Origin: a virus
Length of the DNA: 64,000 nucleotides
Direction: 5' to 3' (one strand)
IMG/VR virus record: IMGVR_UViG_3300020470_000460
Location: 10,411 to 74,410 of that record
This document shows positions 35,067 through 45,623 of this stretch, piece after piece (position 1 is the first letter of the stretch; the number at the start of each line of letters is the position of its first letter). Under the pieces are notes generated by a model. That model searched no databases and was not told the origin of the DNA. It saw only the letters and a program-made list of their open reading frames with translations. A program made the translations under genes and the position numbers.

Positions 35067-37796
35067 CTAGTTCAGCAAAACTGGCAAGCCGAAGACCTGA
35101 CAAGGACCAGCAGCACAACCCACTGCCATGTAACCGTTGTTGACCACATATGCTCCTAAACCATTGTTACATTGGTTAATAATAGCACCCTGTGGCACGA
35201 ACTCAGCGATAACACCAGTAGGTGCTGAAATAAAGGTAGCATGGAATGCATTGGTAGACCCTGCAAGGATATCTGCCATGCTACTAGGCATTTGCTGACC
35301 TACTGATATTCTAACCTGTGTAGGTGGTGCAACTCCTGGGAATGGTAGGTCTGTAGTTATATCAACAATACATCCCTTAACCATAGCAAACTGTCCAGTC
35401 AAGGACGTTGCTGTCATATTGAATAGTGCAATAAACTCAAATCTACCTGAGTTTAAGAATGATGATATCCAGTTGGCCTGGTTGATTATCTCACCATCAG
35501 CAACATTTTCAATGGTATTACCTTCTATCTTGACGTTTTGAGAGTTGATCATCAACGACTCAATAGCAGCATAACTTGTCTTCGCTGCTTGTACCTTTAA
35601 CTCACCACTGACTGCAATATCTCTATCACCCTCAAATCTTTCGGAAGACTTCTGCTCTGTAGAGTCATTAAGAGTACCTGATAACTGAGGTCCAGTCCTA
35701 GTACGTCCCATATAGTCAGCACCAGGATCGAAAGGTATCTCCTCTGTTGGATAGAAACCACCTATATTTTCCTTATTTAATTTCTTAGTCCTTGCTGAAG
35801 GACCATATAATGCTAAGTCTTGTGACTGAGATATCACATCATCTGATACTGTACCCTGAGTAACATTAGTATCTACCTGTGCCATAGCACCACCAACAGT
35901 ATTGGTAGCAGGTGCTTCTGAGGATCCAGAAGATTCTGACTGTGGACCTTGAGAGTAGTGACCATTCCATGATCCTTCTACCTCTTGGTGCATATTACCC
36001 ATGACCTTAATATAAAAGTCACCCTCTACTGTTAGACAGTAGTTACCTTTAATATTCTCACACTTGTCCTTAGCAATAATCTTAGTTTCATTGTTAGGTA
36101 CATTGGTATGTCTGTTACCCCAACTATCTTCAAACGTGCTGACACCACCAGGTCCACTAACTACTCTCTTAACTTTACCTTCAGTAGCATCATCTATAAT
36201 TCTTGTACCATTAAGATGACTTGATACCTGCATCAGATATGGATTGGTATCCTTAAACATCTGATCGATATAAGAACCAGTAACTTCTGGTGCACTAGTC
36301 GGTGTCGCTGCCATATTCAGTGACGTTAGGTCTTCTCCTGATAGACCTGCCCCTTGATAATCTACATTGATTAAACTATTAACACTTTCATAAGGAGTAC
36401 CTCTAACAGCATCTTCTATGTTGTCACACTCAGTGGATCCTATCAGTGGGAACCACCCCTTAGACTTCGGCCTCTTTATCTTCCTGTTACAACTCTTTTT
36501 AAATAGTGCTCCTAGAATTGCCATAAGGATTTGAAGGAGACTACCCCAGTCTAATGAGGTGAAATCAAATTCAAATATAGATTGCACTGTCTCACCCAGT
36601 GCCATTGCCTTACCTAGCATACCTTTGGCAGTGCTGATAGCAGAGATAACATCACCAGCAACATCCTTAACACGATTCATTGCAGATGTGATACCACCCA
36701 AGACACGATTGCTTATTCCTTTAACAGCAGAATCAATAGTCTTACCTAATTTAGACGTAGCTATCTTATCTACAGCAAGGCTCGCCATTTGGTTAGCAAA
36801 GTTTGCCGTATCACTCAGTGCTCCCTTCACCAGTCCTAACCACATTGGTGTCTTAGCACAGAATAGTGCGAAGATCTGATCCAAGAATGACATCAATAGG
36901 TTAACAACTATCAGTGGTACGAATGAAGATATAATCTTCACTAGCATTCCTACAACCTCAGCAATTAACTTTGCCATCACCTCTTTCAAGGGTGCAAGAA
37001 TACCTGCTATACCACCAGAAAGGAAGTTCATTGTCTTCCCTAGGTGCTCTCTAACTTTATCTCCTGCTATATTCTTACCAGTAATTAAGGATACAAATCC
37101 TTTCTCAGCTTTACCTAATGCTGCTGACATGTTACCTAACTCAGTCAGCATCCTCTTTAAATCTTTCTCAAATCCACCACCAGCAGGACCAGCAACACCA
37201 TCTCCAATTGATTGCATCTCAACAGGTGGTTTTATGGGGTGTGTTACTACATTACCAGGCGTTGTTGCCTCTGCCATGTTAATACCACCACCTCTTGCCT
37301 CCTCCTGTTTTCCTGTTGCAGATGCAGGTGTGTTTTCATTCTTAGGGAATGGGTTTCCACTCCTTGCATTATTATTAGCAAGGTCAGTCTGTTGTGGAGT
37401 GCTAGTCTTTAATTCATTTGCAGGTCCAGCATCTGCAATAGTCGTGGCACCATCTGACTGTTCTTGTGAAAATCCTCTGAAAGCACCCAATACACATGGT
37501 AACTGTGCTTCTTCACCATCAAGGAAGAAACCTAATACCCATGCTCCTGGTTGTAATTCTGTTGTAGTACCTGCTGACTTAGTTTGTGGTTGGTCAGTTG
37601 GTAGTAATACTGTTGCCCAAGGAAGTACCTCTTTAGGTACCTCTTCTAAGTATGCCTTTCCTTCTGAGTTACCTGTATACCAACCAAGGATACGCACCTT
37701 GATACGACCTAGCTCGGAAGGATCTCGAATCTCTTCGACTTCTCCTACCCACCAAGTAAATGTATCTCTTCCAAGATAATCGGTACGTACGCCCAT
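35067..37796 (-). CDS. gp5: Baseplate hub needle gp5
   Basis: WW.G.VE...DP..LGR.KVRI.G OB-fold; C-terminal V.G beta-repeats. Confidence 0.88.
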   Translation of the reverse strand: MGVRTDYLGRDTFTWWVGEVEEIRDPSELGRIKVRILGWYTGNSEGKAYLEEVPKEVLPWATVLLPTDQPQTKSAGTTTELQPGAWVLGFFLDGEEAQLPCVLGAFRGFSQEQSDGATTIADAGPANELKTSTPQQTDLANNNARSGNPFPKNENTPASATGKQEEARGGGINMAEATTPGNVVTHPIKPPVEMQSIGDGVAGPAGGGFEKDLKRMLTELGNMSAALGKAEKGFVSLITGKNIAGDKVREHLGKTMNFLSGGIAGILAPLKEVMAKLIAEVVGMLVKIISSFVPLIVVNLLMSFLDQIFALFCAKTPMWLGLVKGALSDTANFANQMASLAVDKIATSKLGKTIDSAVKGISNRVLGGITSAMNRVKDVAGDVISAISTAKGMLGKAMALGETVQSIFEFDFTSLDWGSLLQILMAILGALFKKSCNRKIKRPKSKGWFPLIGSTECDNIEDAVRGTPYESVNSLINVDYQGAGLSGEDLTSLNMAATPTSAPEVTGSYIDQMFKDTNPYLMQVSSHLNGTRIIDDATEGKVKRVVSGPGGVSTFEDSWGNRHTNVPNNETKIIAKDKCENIKGNYCLTVEGDFYIKVMGNMHQEVEGSWNGHYSQGPQSESSGSSEAPATNTVGGAMAQVDTNVTQGTVSDDVISQSQDLALYGPSARTKKLNKENIGGFYPTEEIPFDPGADYMGRTRTGPQLSGTLNDSTEQKSSERFEGDRDIAVSGELKVQAAKTSYAAIESLMINSQNVKIEGNTIENVADGEIINQANWISSFLNSGRFEFIALFNMTATSLTGQFAMVKGCIVDITTDLPFPGVAPPTQVRISVGQQMPSSMADILAGSTNAFHATFISAPTGVIAEFVPQGAIINQCNNGLGAYVVNNGYMAVGCAAGPCQVFGLPVLLN

Positions 37797-37815
37797 AGTA
37801 TATTAATTGTTTCTT

Positions 37816-38271
37816 TTATTTATCAAGTCTCTCAAAGAGAAATTCACCTTCCTCTTCAGGTTTGCCCCATCGAAACTTACCAGTCTTTAAATCATACCCA
37901 GTATCTATAGCACGATAATGATCACCATTGAATCTTATTTTTGAGACCATCCTCGTGTCACCCTGGATGCATTCTCCATCAGTATTCCCATTCCACCAAA
38001 CTCCATCCCAGTGCCAAATGAAAGGACAGGTAGGAGTACCAGTAATAATATTAGTAGTTTTAGTATAGACGATGTTTTCATCCATCCTCTGCCAATCGTA
38101 CTGTATGTAATTATATGGATCGTCTTCTCCCTTATACTTATACCAAGACTTAGCTAATAGTATACCATAACTAGGTTCAACTATTCGTATATCAATCTGA
38201 GGCCATTGTGAAGGATTAGAGAATGCTTGATTTCTATTCCTATAGTGACCTACTACTTCATTAAACAGCAT
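37816..38271 (-). CDS. cpeT: T-type phycobiliprotein lyase
   Basis: G.Y.N..QA.SNP..WP; D.GYD..TG...WG....F.F. Confidence 0.85.
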   Translation of the reverse strand: MLFNEVVGHYRNRNQAFSNPSQWPQIDIRIVEPSYGILLAKSWYKYKGEDDPYNYIQYDWQRMDENIVYTKTTNIITGTPTCPFIWHWDGVWWNGNTDGECIQGDTRMVSKIRFNGDHYRAIDTGYDLKTGKFRWGKPEEEGEFLFERLDK

Positions 38272-38917
38272 TAATCTCTTTCCAATTTATAGGATCTATA
38301 ATAGCAAACTCATTATTATTTTTAGCAGTGACTATTATATCATATGATAAAGAATAACGTGGAGTGCTACCATTATATACTTCTACCTCATGCTCTATAT
38401 GAGATGGGAATATGAATAGTCTATCCTCTTCAGGTACATACTGTGTATCACCATAGGTAAGATCATTCAATTCTTCTACATGTATAGGCATCCTATGAGT
38501 ATTAGGTGAATGGAATTTAAGTTTACCACCAGTCAACGCACTACCTGTCTTAGGATAATATACTACTGATATTACTGAGTTTGGATGTGTGTGTTTATAT
38601 ATCTGACCTCCTCTCTCTATAATCACAGGCCATGCCTTTGATGCAAATATTTTAACCTTATCTATATCAACGTTGAAAGCACTAAGATATTTCTGACAAT
38701 GAAAAGAGACCTCACGGTTTAACCAGTGAAATCTCTTATCGTTAAACATCTTATAATCTTGGTCGTTATCCCCTGAATAACTACCCTTTTCTACCCTATC
38801 TGACTTACGATAGGTATCATAAATCTCCTCAAAATACTCAAGCATTTGTTGCTTGGTATCTTGAGATGGTTTTAAGTCTTCATGATATATTGCGGTTGGA
38901 AACCAAAGATCAATCAT
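38261..38917 (-). CDS. 2OG-Fe(II) oxygenase (TIGR02466-like)
   Basis: FPT, HTHPNS, FPSHIEH, RYSLSY. Confidence 0.88.
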   Translation of the reverse strand: MIDLWFPTAIYHEDLKPSQDTKQQMLEYFEEIYDTYRKSDRVEKGSYSGDNDQDYKMFNDKRFHWLNREVSFHCQKYLSAFNVDIDKVKIFASKAWPVIIERGGQIYKHTHPNSVISVVYYPKTGSALTGGKLKFHSPNTHRMPIHVEELNDLTYGDTQYVPEEDRLFIFPSHIEHEVEVYNGSTPRYSLSYDIIVTAKNNNEFAIIDPINWKEINAV

Positions 38918-39145
38918 TTAATCATCATATACTAAACATTCTGGTTCGTCTGGATGCTGGTCGCAGAATAACTCTAGACAAGTTGGATCGTGGTGATCTC
39001 CTGCAACAATCTCATCATGGTGATGCTCTTCGTACTCAATTAAATCGTGCAACTCTTCCTTGTAGTGTCTGCGAGCAGCAGGATTCAATGTAGGATCATC
39101 AAGGAGCTCTTTATCGTGCTCAATATGTTGCTCTATAGTTGTCAT
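38918..39145 (-). CDS. cp12: CP12 Calvin-cycle inhibitor
   Basis: C-terminal LELFCDQHPDEPECLVYDD. Confidence 0.92.
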   Translation of the reverse strand: MTTIEQHIEHDKELLDDPTLNPAARRHYKEELHDLIEYEEHHHDEIVAGDHHDPTCLELFCDQHPDEPECLVYDD

Positions 39146-39172
39146 AATGGTCTCTGTAGAGTGTATAGTTAT

Positions 39173-40723
39173 TTATGCTTCTTGCTTAGGAACTGAGTCC
39201 CTAACCAGGTATAGTTTAGTCGTTAATCCAGTTTTTTGGTAGATATGTGTGAGTCCCGCAATAATATACTTACCACTGAACCTATAATCTAACAAAACTT
39301 CCTCATCTTCCTCTGTAGAAGAAGGTATCTTTACATCGATTACATTACCTGCTGTTAATGCAGTATTACCAGCAACGGTGAGATTTAACTTAATTGCCTT
39401 GAATAAATTATACCTTGCTGCTGCATATTGTGCAACTGCAATAGAGTCAATGTTGGGGCTTGATCCGTTATCAACATTCGCATTACTACTCTGATTCTTC
39501 ATACCAGGCAATGCCCTGATCTTCATCCTAGTAGGTTGTGATGCTTCAATATCAAAGAATTCTGGTATAAGGAATGGTGGTTGTGCTTGGTTACCCCTTG
39601 TTTCATCATTACCATCTACTACTTTATTTGCCTTTGCAAATACCTGTTGGAAATTAAGTACCTTAAGAGCACTGATTGTACCACTAGGTGCTGATGATAA
39701 ACCAGTACCAGAGAATTGTCCAGTCTCTTGATCAAAACCAACAGCATCTACAGACTCATTTGGTGCTGCCTCTTTCTTCTTACCAGATGTAGGAGTATAA
39801 CTATCCTTCTGTGATGCTAATGATATACCAATAGCAGCAGTCTTATAGGTACCCATCCTCATGTTAGATAGATGATTTGCCTTATCAGGATATGTTAGTG
39901 TCTCGATAGCATACCTCTTATCTGCTCCTTCTTGAGCACCTTGCACGTAAGTATATGTGTAGACACCATTCCTAGTTGCTTCACCCTTAGCAATACTATC
40001 AATAGATCTAAAGTTAAATCCATTCCTATTTGACCAGAATAAGAATCCAGACTGTTTAGCACCACCCTTACTATTGGTCAATCTAGTTACCTTATCTGAT
40101 AGGTAATGAATAGCATCACTAGGTTTCCAACTACATGCTATGAAAGTATATTTGGAATGATTCTCAAAATTATATTTGTTTGCCTTATTAGTACCCTTAG
40201 TCTTAAGGAATTCATCACAGATATACTTTGGTATATTCTCTACATCCTTAGACTTTTCTCCTGGTCCTAATGACTTAAAGATCTTATTACTCTCATCATG
40301 ATACATCTCTGGAGATACACAGTGTAAGATATACAACTGTCCTCTCTCAGTCTTTGAGATACTACCAATCTTATAGACAGTCAGTTCACAATCTAAATGA
40401 TCACCCCTGATAGCAGTACCAGTTACCATCTTAATCTTAACTTTCTCACCACCCTGTAGATTTTTATTCCAGTCAATAGCATCTAAGATACTGATGTCAC
40501 ATCTTAAGAAAGAAGACTCAATAGATTCATGGTACTGAAATTCCAATACCATTTCAGTTATATCATACAGTTTCTTACCGTTTGCTGTCTCTAACTGTAA
40601 CTTCTGAATCTCAAAGTCTCTAGCATTATCAGCATTAAAAGATCCTCCAAATGGACTAGCACCATAACTGATCCTCTGCCATGCAGTCTTTACATCATTA
40701 ATATATTCTATTACTTGTGACAT
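39173..40723 (-). CDS. Baseplate hub protein (gp27-like)
   Basis: F.Y.ESI, F.F..N..GFNFRSID, GN..L.AG, SGKYII..L.H; synteny with gp5. Confidence 0.7.
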   Translation of the reverse strand: MSQVIEYINDVKTAWQRISYGASPFGGSFNADNARDFEIQKLQLETANGKKLYDITEMVLEFQYHESIESSFLRCDISILDAIDWNKNLQGGEKVKIKMVTGTAIRGDHLDCELTVYKIGSISKTERGQLYILHCVSPEMYHDESNKIFKSLGPGEKSKDVENIPKYICDEFLKTKGTNKANKYNFENHSKYTFIACSWKPSDAIHYLSDKVTRLTNSKGGAKQSGFLFWSNRNGFNFRSIDSIAKGEATRNGVYTYTYVQGAQEGADKRYAIETLTYPDKANHLSNMRMGTYKTAAIGISLASQKDSYTPTSGKKKEAAPNESVDAVGFDQETGQFSGTGLSSAPSGTISALKVLNFQQVFAKANKVVDGNDETRGNQAQPPFLIPEFFDIEASQPTRMKIRALPGMKNQSSNANVDNGSSPNIDSIAVAQYAAARYNLFKAIKLNLTVAGNTALTAGNVIDVKIPSSTEEDEEVLLDYRFSGKYIIAGLTHIYQKTGLTTKLYLVRDSVPKQEA

Positions 40724-43108
40724 TTACATAAACTCCACAGGATCGGTCATAAACTCATTGATAATCCCAAACTTAGGATGTATATATGGATCAGCATCAT
40801 GATGATGATCACCAGGAACTATAATAGGATTATCTTGACTCATATCAGCACTCATAATTTGTTGTGGTGATTCACCATCAACTACCACAGTAGATGAACC
40901 ATCTTGAAGAGCATTCTGTAACTTCTCAAATTTCTGTTGTTGGAATCTCTGTTTTGCATCATCAATTACCTGACCTGCTTTCTGCAACACACCAGAAGCT
41001 TGGTACATTGAATGACCTCGCTTATCAAAGTCAAAGAATCCTCCTGTCATCTGGTCAGCAGCACCAGCTAACCATCTCATTACACCACGTGGTTTATCAT
41101 CCTTCTTCTTCTTAGCAGCTTTGACTTTCTCTTTTAATCCCTTAGGTACAGGTGGTTGTGGTGGTTTGTCAGCTTTAATAACTCTACCACCTCTAGCAAA
41201 TCCTGGTGGTAAAGCATACCCACCTCTCTTTGCCTGTTTTAATCTTCTACTTGTTAAACCTCTATCAGATCTGGTAGCAGGAGTATCAAATGGTACTACA
41301 AATGCTCCACCTGATGCCATCTTAGATCCAACCCACTCAGTGCCATGACCAATAAATGATGTTGACTTACCATCTAATGATACAGGATATCCTGACTGTG
41401 GACCATGAATCCATCCACCTTTAGCAAACAATCCACCTTTCTTGAATTGTCCCATCCCACCTTCTTTAATATCCTTAGATGTCATACCTGCTTCTTTTGC
41501 TTCTTCAGCAGATACATTTCCACCTGATTTATTAAAGTCTTCCATTACACCAGCAGGATACTTATTACCCATCTGGATTCCAAGTTGAATTGCTACCCTC
41601 TGTTTGGGTGACATCTTCTCACCAGGACTATACCTTTCACCACCATATTTTGTATACTTTTCTGTTTTAGTATCTCCTCCTCCACCTTTCTCCATCTCTT
41701 TAGCATCTGCACCACCTGTGAAGAGTTTCAACACAGCAGTCAATGCTTTCATTCCAAGGAATAGGGGCCAGAATAGTACCTTAAATCCTATACCAATAAT
41801 CTTACTGATGATCGGCATATGAGGTTCTACTGCTTCAAGAATTCCACCTAGGAATGCTCCCAAGGTAGTAAAGAATTCTTCCATTGGTGCTTTTATCTCA
41901 GCTATAACATTACCAAAAGTATCACCAATCATCTTAAAGAATTTACTGACTGGTTCTACTATAGGTTGTATCAATCCACCTACTGCATCACCAATCTTAC
42001 CACCTGCCATACCACCGATAGCACCACCTATGGCACCCATACCTGGTATACCAAGTGCTTTACCTGCCATGTCACCTAGTTTGGCACCCACTGCCTGACC
42101 ACCAGCAGCACCAGCACCAGTAGCTGCTGCCTCGACATTAGTAGCACCATCACCTTTTGCTGCCATAAATCCAGCAGCACCAGCACCTAATCCAGCAGTA
42201 ATTCTACCTGCTTTAGAACTAAAGAAGTTACCCTTACCACCTCTTGCCTTCTTAAGTTTATAATCTCTAAACTTCTGATCCTTACTCTGTAATCCAAATA
42301 GTCTCTGAAGACCTCCTATTATACCTCCTAATACCTTCTTAGCACCCTCAAGCATCAACTTAGGATTCTTGAGTAATGTATATCCAGCAAATATAGGTAC
42401 CGCACCAGTAAGGAACTTGATTATACCAAAGAATCCCTTCAAACTAATAGGATTCTCTAAGAATTGTACAAGTCCACCCAGTGACATTCCACCGATGAAT
42501 GAAATTATATTAAATACAAACTTACCTATAGCAGCTAGAGTTAGTCCTAACTTAGTAACTGCTTTAGGATTCTTTGATATCCATTCAAATATCTTAAACT
42601 TAATTGCATCAGTTAACAGACCAAACAGTCCAAAGAGAGCAGCAAATATACCACCACCTGTCTTCTTAGCTGCTTCTATAGCACCAGAACGTAGACCTTC
42701 CTTCTTAGACTTAGCTTTCTCTGCCTTATCTTCTTTCTGATTTCTTAACTGAAACTTCCTTCTCTTCTCTGTCTGCTTATCTTTAAATAATTTTCTCTTT
42801 CTATCTTTCTTATCAGTAAGAGCCTCTTGTTTGTTAATCTTATCAGCACTCTTAATCTGAGTCCTAATATTATCTCTCCAACTCTCTACTGTATTCTGTG
42901 TATTAGCAGCAATACTATTAAGAGTGGATCCTAATGAGTTGATACCAGATACAATTGACTTAAGTCCAGCACCAACACTCCTCTCAACCTTTGGCAATCT
43001 CTCAGCAGCAGTTAACGGTGTATATTTCGACTGAACACCAGTGACCCCTTTATAAGAGATCATCTTATACATGGATGCCTTTGCTACTTTTGCAGAAACT
43101 TTTGCCAT
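40724..43108 (-). CDS. Tape-measure/gp29-like protein, paralog B
   Basis: Basic coiled coil, Gly/Ala-rich and hydrophobic helices; baseplate synteny. Confidence 0.6.
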   Translation of the reverse strand: MAKVSAKVAKASMYKMISYKGVTGVQSKYTPLTAAERLPKVERSVGAGLKSIVSGINSLGSTLNSIAANTQNTVESWRDNIRTQIKSADKINKQEALTDKKDRKRKLFKDKQTEKRRKFQLRNQKEDKAEKAKSKKEGLRSGAIEAAKKTGGGIFAALFGLFGLLTDAIKFKIFEWISKNPKAVTKLGLTLAAIGKFVFNIISFIGGMSLGGLVQFLENPISLKGFFGIIKFLTGAVPIFAGYTLLKNPKLMLEGAKKVLGGIIGGLQRLFGLQSKDQKFRDYKLKKARGGKGNFFSSKAGRITAGLGAGAAGFMAAKGDGATNVEAAATGAGAAGGQAVGAKLGDMAGKALGIPGMGAIGGAIGGMAGGKIGDAVGGLIQPIVEPVSKFFKMIGDTFGNVIAEIKAPMEEFFTTLGAFLGGILEAVEPHMPIISKIIGIGFKVLFWPLFLGMKALTAVLKLFTGGADAKEMEKGGGGDTKTEKYTKYGGERYSPGEKMSPKQRVAIQLGIQMGNKYPAGVMEDFNKSGGNVSAEEAKEAGMTSKDIKEGGMGQFKKGGLFAKGGWIHGPQSGYPVSLDGKSTSFIGHGTEWVGSKMASGGAFVVPFDTPATRSDRGLTSRRLKQAKRGGYALPPGFARGGRVIKADKPPQPPVPKGLKEKVKAAKKKKDDKPRGVMRWLAGAADQMTGGFFDFDKRGHSMYQASGVLQKAGQVIDDAKQRFQQQKFEKLQNALQDGSSTVVVDGESPQQIMSADMSQDNPIIVPGDHHHDADPYIHPKFGIINEFMTDPVEFM

Positions 43109-43111
43109 CTA

Positions 43112-45433
43112 TTAACAGGTAAACATTGGACTTGGAACAGTTGTCACTTTCCTTGATTTAGTACCAACACCAACATTATTTATTACTGGTACTGTGGTCT
43201 TTAACACCATTGTCCTAGGTGGTAATATAATATCTTCAACAGTTGCATCCTTTTCTTGCTTCCAAGCAAACTTTGCATGCATTTCCTGTTGTTTAGCTAC
43301 CATTGCATCTATATCAGGTGCTTCACCACCAGCAGATAACTGTGGTAACTGAATATTAGACATATCAATAGCACCACCCTTAGCAAAATCAGATATCCAA
43401 GACTCACCAGGCTTAAGATTGTGCCTCTTATTAAACGCTAGTATCCTTTCTGTCTGATGAATGTCACTAAGTCTTCGTGCTTTACTATCTTCATATATCT
43501 GATATAAAATCTTTGGATCAATATGATCACCTGCAGTACCCTCAACAAGATCCTCAATCTTAGTCTCAGGTTTAATCATCTTCATTTGCTTCAATGGCTT
43601 CAAGATATCATCATGATATTTAAGTAGAATATGATAATATATGAATCCTAATATCTCCTCCATAGAATCTTCTTCATGGAAGTGAACTAACTCACCATTT
43701 TTTATTCTCTGCTCAGTCTTAGTTGTAAACTTAGTCCAAGAATATACAAATGTAGGTGGCTCTATATCTTCAGGACCAGTCTTAATCTTCCTTATTTTTC
43801 CTCCACCAGCAAATGACGATAATGGTCTCTTCTTAGCAGGTTTACCACTAACTAAGATCATTTCACCACCATCACCAAAGGATTCGACCTTATCCATCTT
43901 CACATCCTTACCAGGATCCTTACCTCTTATAATCTTCCATGCAAATCCTATAGGATTCTTCATGAAGGCAAATATATTCTTAGCAGCTTTAATAATAAAA
44001 CCTATAATACCTCCAATTATTTTAATTACACCACTTAATAACCATGTGATAGGTTTCATTATCCAACCTAACACCTCAAACATCACCTTACCAATCTGAC
44101 CTAAGAATTTGAATAAGGTACCAAGAAATTCTGTTACACCTGTCTCTCCAGCAACATCCTTTACTAATTTGAATGCCATACCAAAGAATTTCTGGATAGG
44201 TTCAAATATAGGTTTAATAACTGGTAAGAATGTCTTACCTACCCACTCACCTAAGAATCCACCTATAGCATTACCAACTATAGGTCCAAATGGTCCTAAG
44301 AATGGTGTCAATAAAGCAGATCCTATCATTCCACCTGCTGCCTGACCAAGACCTGCACCAACTGCTTCAGTCTTATCCTCACCCATAGCAAAACCTGATG
44401 CTATACGAGTAAGACCACCAGCTACTGCCAGTCCCTTCTGCATACCACCAGGTCGCATTGCCTTCTTACCAAGATTCTTACCAGTTTGTAGTCTGGTAGG
44501 ATTATTATTTCTGGTATTAAACTGTTTACCAACCTTCCTTGCTTGATCGTCTCTACCCTGTGCTCTTAACTTCTTCTGCTGTCTCTCTACTGACTTCTTC
44601 TGTGCCTTATATTCTTGCTCAGTGTATATCTTACCTGTCTCTGTATCCTTATAACCAAACTTACGCCATTGCTCGTTTCTTTCCCATGTCAATTCTTTCA
44701 TGGAAGTATCTCTAAAGAGATTCTTTACCTTTGTACCATCACTGAATAGTTTTAATGGGTTTAATAGATACCGCAGGGTCATAAACCCTGTGAATAATTG
44801 TAGTAATCCTGTTATAGGTGAGAATGCCTTAGCAATACCTGTCTGACTACCAGCACCAAAGATATTAGTAATACCTTTGGCGTACATATTGACACCAAAT
44901 CCTAGGATCTTAAAGGCAAACTTACCTATAGCAGCAACTAACTTAAAGACCCTAGCTGCATCCTTTGCTTTCTGTGGATTAGACAGCCATTTAAAGACTG
45001 CCATTGTAACGAATATATCAAATATGGGAGTTAAGAAGTTAGCGATCATCTCAAAGAATCCCAAGGCTTTTTCTTTTGCCTTCTCCTTCATGGGATTTGC
45101 TTCTTTCTTCTTCGCTGGTCCCTTCTCTGCCTTATCCTCTTTCTTATTCCTCTGTTCAAACTTGAACATGTTTTTAAAACCTTTTGCCCATTTCTGGAAC
45201 ACATTAAGGTCTTGCTTCTCTTCTGCTGTATCCTCTTTTATCTCTTTAGCAGTATCTGTCCTTAACCAATCTCTCTCAAACTTAATAAGTTTCTCAGTCT
45301 CTACTTGGTTATGACTAATACTGGTTACCGTCATCCCAGTACGATTGATGCCCTTCCGAATCTGATTGAAAGTTCCAGAATAGGCACCATCTTCTTTGAT
45401 GGGTTTAATTTTGACGAAACTCTTAATTGCCAT
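43112..45433 (-). CDS. Tape-measure/gp29-like protein, paralog A
   Basis: Same architecture; follows gp51. Confidence 0.6.
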   Translation of the reverse strand: MAIKSFVKIKPIKEDGAYSGTFNQIRKGINRTGMTVTSISHNQVETEKLIKFERDWLRTDTAKEIKEDTAEEKQDLNVFQKWAKGFKNMFKFEQRNKKEDKAEKGPAKKKEANPMKEKAKEKALGFFEMIANFLTPIFDIFVTMAVFKWLSNPQKAKDAARVFKLVAAIGKFAFKILGFGVNMYAKGITNIFGAGSQTGIAKAFSPITGLLQLFTGFMTLRYLLNPLKLFSDGTKVKNLFRDTSMKELTWERNEQWRKFGYKDTETGKIYTEQEYKAQKKSVERQQKKLRAQGRDDQARKVGKQFNTRNNNPTRLQTGKNLGKKAMRPGGMQKGLAVAGGLTRIASGFAMGEDKTEAVGAGLGQAAGGMIGSALLTPFLGPFGPIVGNAIGGFLGEWVGKTFLPVIKPIFEPIQKFFGMAFKLVKDVAGETGVTEFLGTLFKFLGQIGKVMFEVLGWIMKPITWLLSGVIKIIGGIIGFIIKAAKNIFAFMKNPIGFAWKIIRGKDPGKDVKMDKVESFGDGGEMILVSGKPAKKRPLSSFAGGGKIRKIKTGPEDIEPPTFVYSWTKFTTKTEQRIKNGELVHFHEEDSMEEILGFIYYHILLKYHDDILKPLKQMKMIKPETKIEDLVEGTAGDHIDPKILYQIYEDSKARRLSDIHQTERILAFNKRHNLKPGESWISDFAKGGAIDMSNIQLPQLSAGGEAPDIDAMVAKQQEMHAKFAWKQEKDATVEDIILPPRTMVLKTTVPVINNVGVGTKSRKVTTVPSPMFTC

Positions 45434-45618
45434 TAGAGAGCCATTTTATTCTCTTCTGCTTTTTGCCTTCTCTCTTCCTCTTGAATATGAGCAATAAGAA
45501 GGTTCACGTATACATCACGTTCCCACGGTATCATGTCTTCCAACTCAGTCAGAGAGTATTTGTGATGTTGCATTAATGCGAAGTTAGTCTTGTAGTAATT
45601 CTCAAGACTGTCATGCAT
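45433..45618 (-). CDS. gp51: Baseplate hub assembly catalyst gp51
   Basis: YYKTNFALMQHHKYSLTELE.M.PWER.VY. Confidence 0.9.
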   Translation of the reverse strand: MHDSLENYYKTNFALMQHHKYSLTELEDMIPWERDVYVNLLIAHIQEEERRQKAEENKMAL

Positions 45619-45623
45619 TAACG

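Noticed and set aside
37129-37779. 216-aa plus-strand ORF and other antisense ORFs in the track
   Set aside because: Shadow frames of well-supported minus-strand genes.
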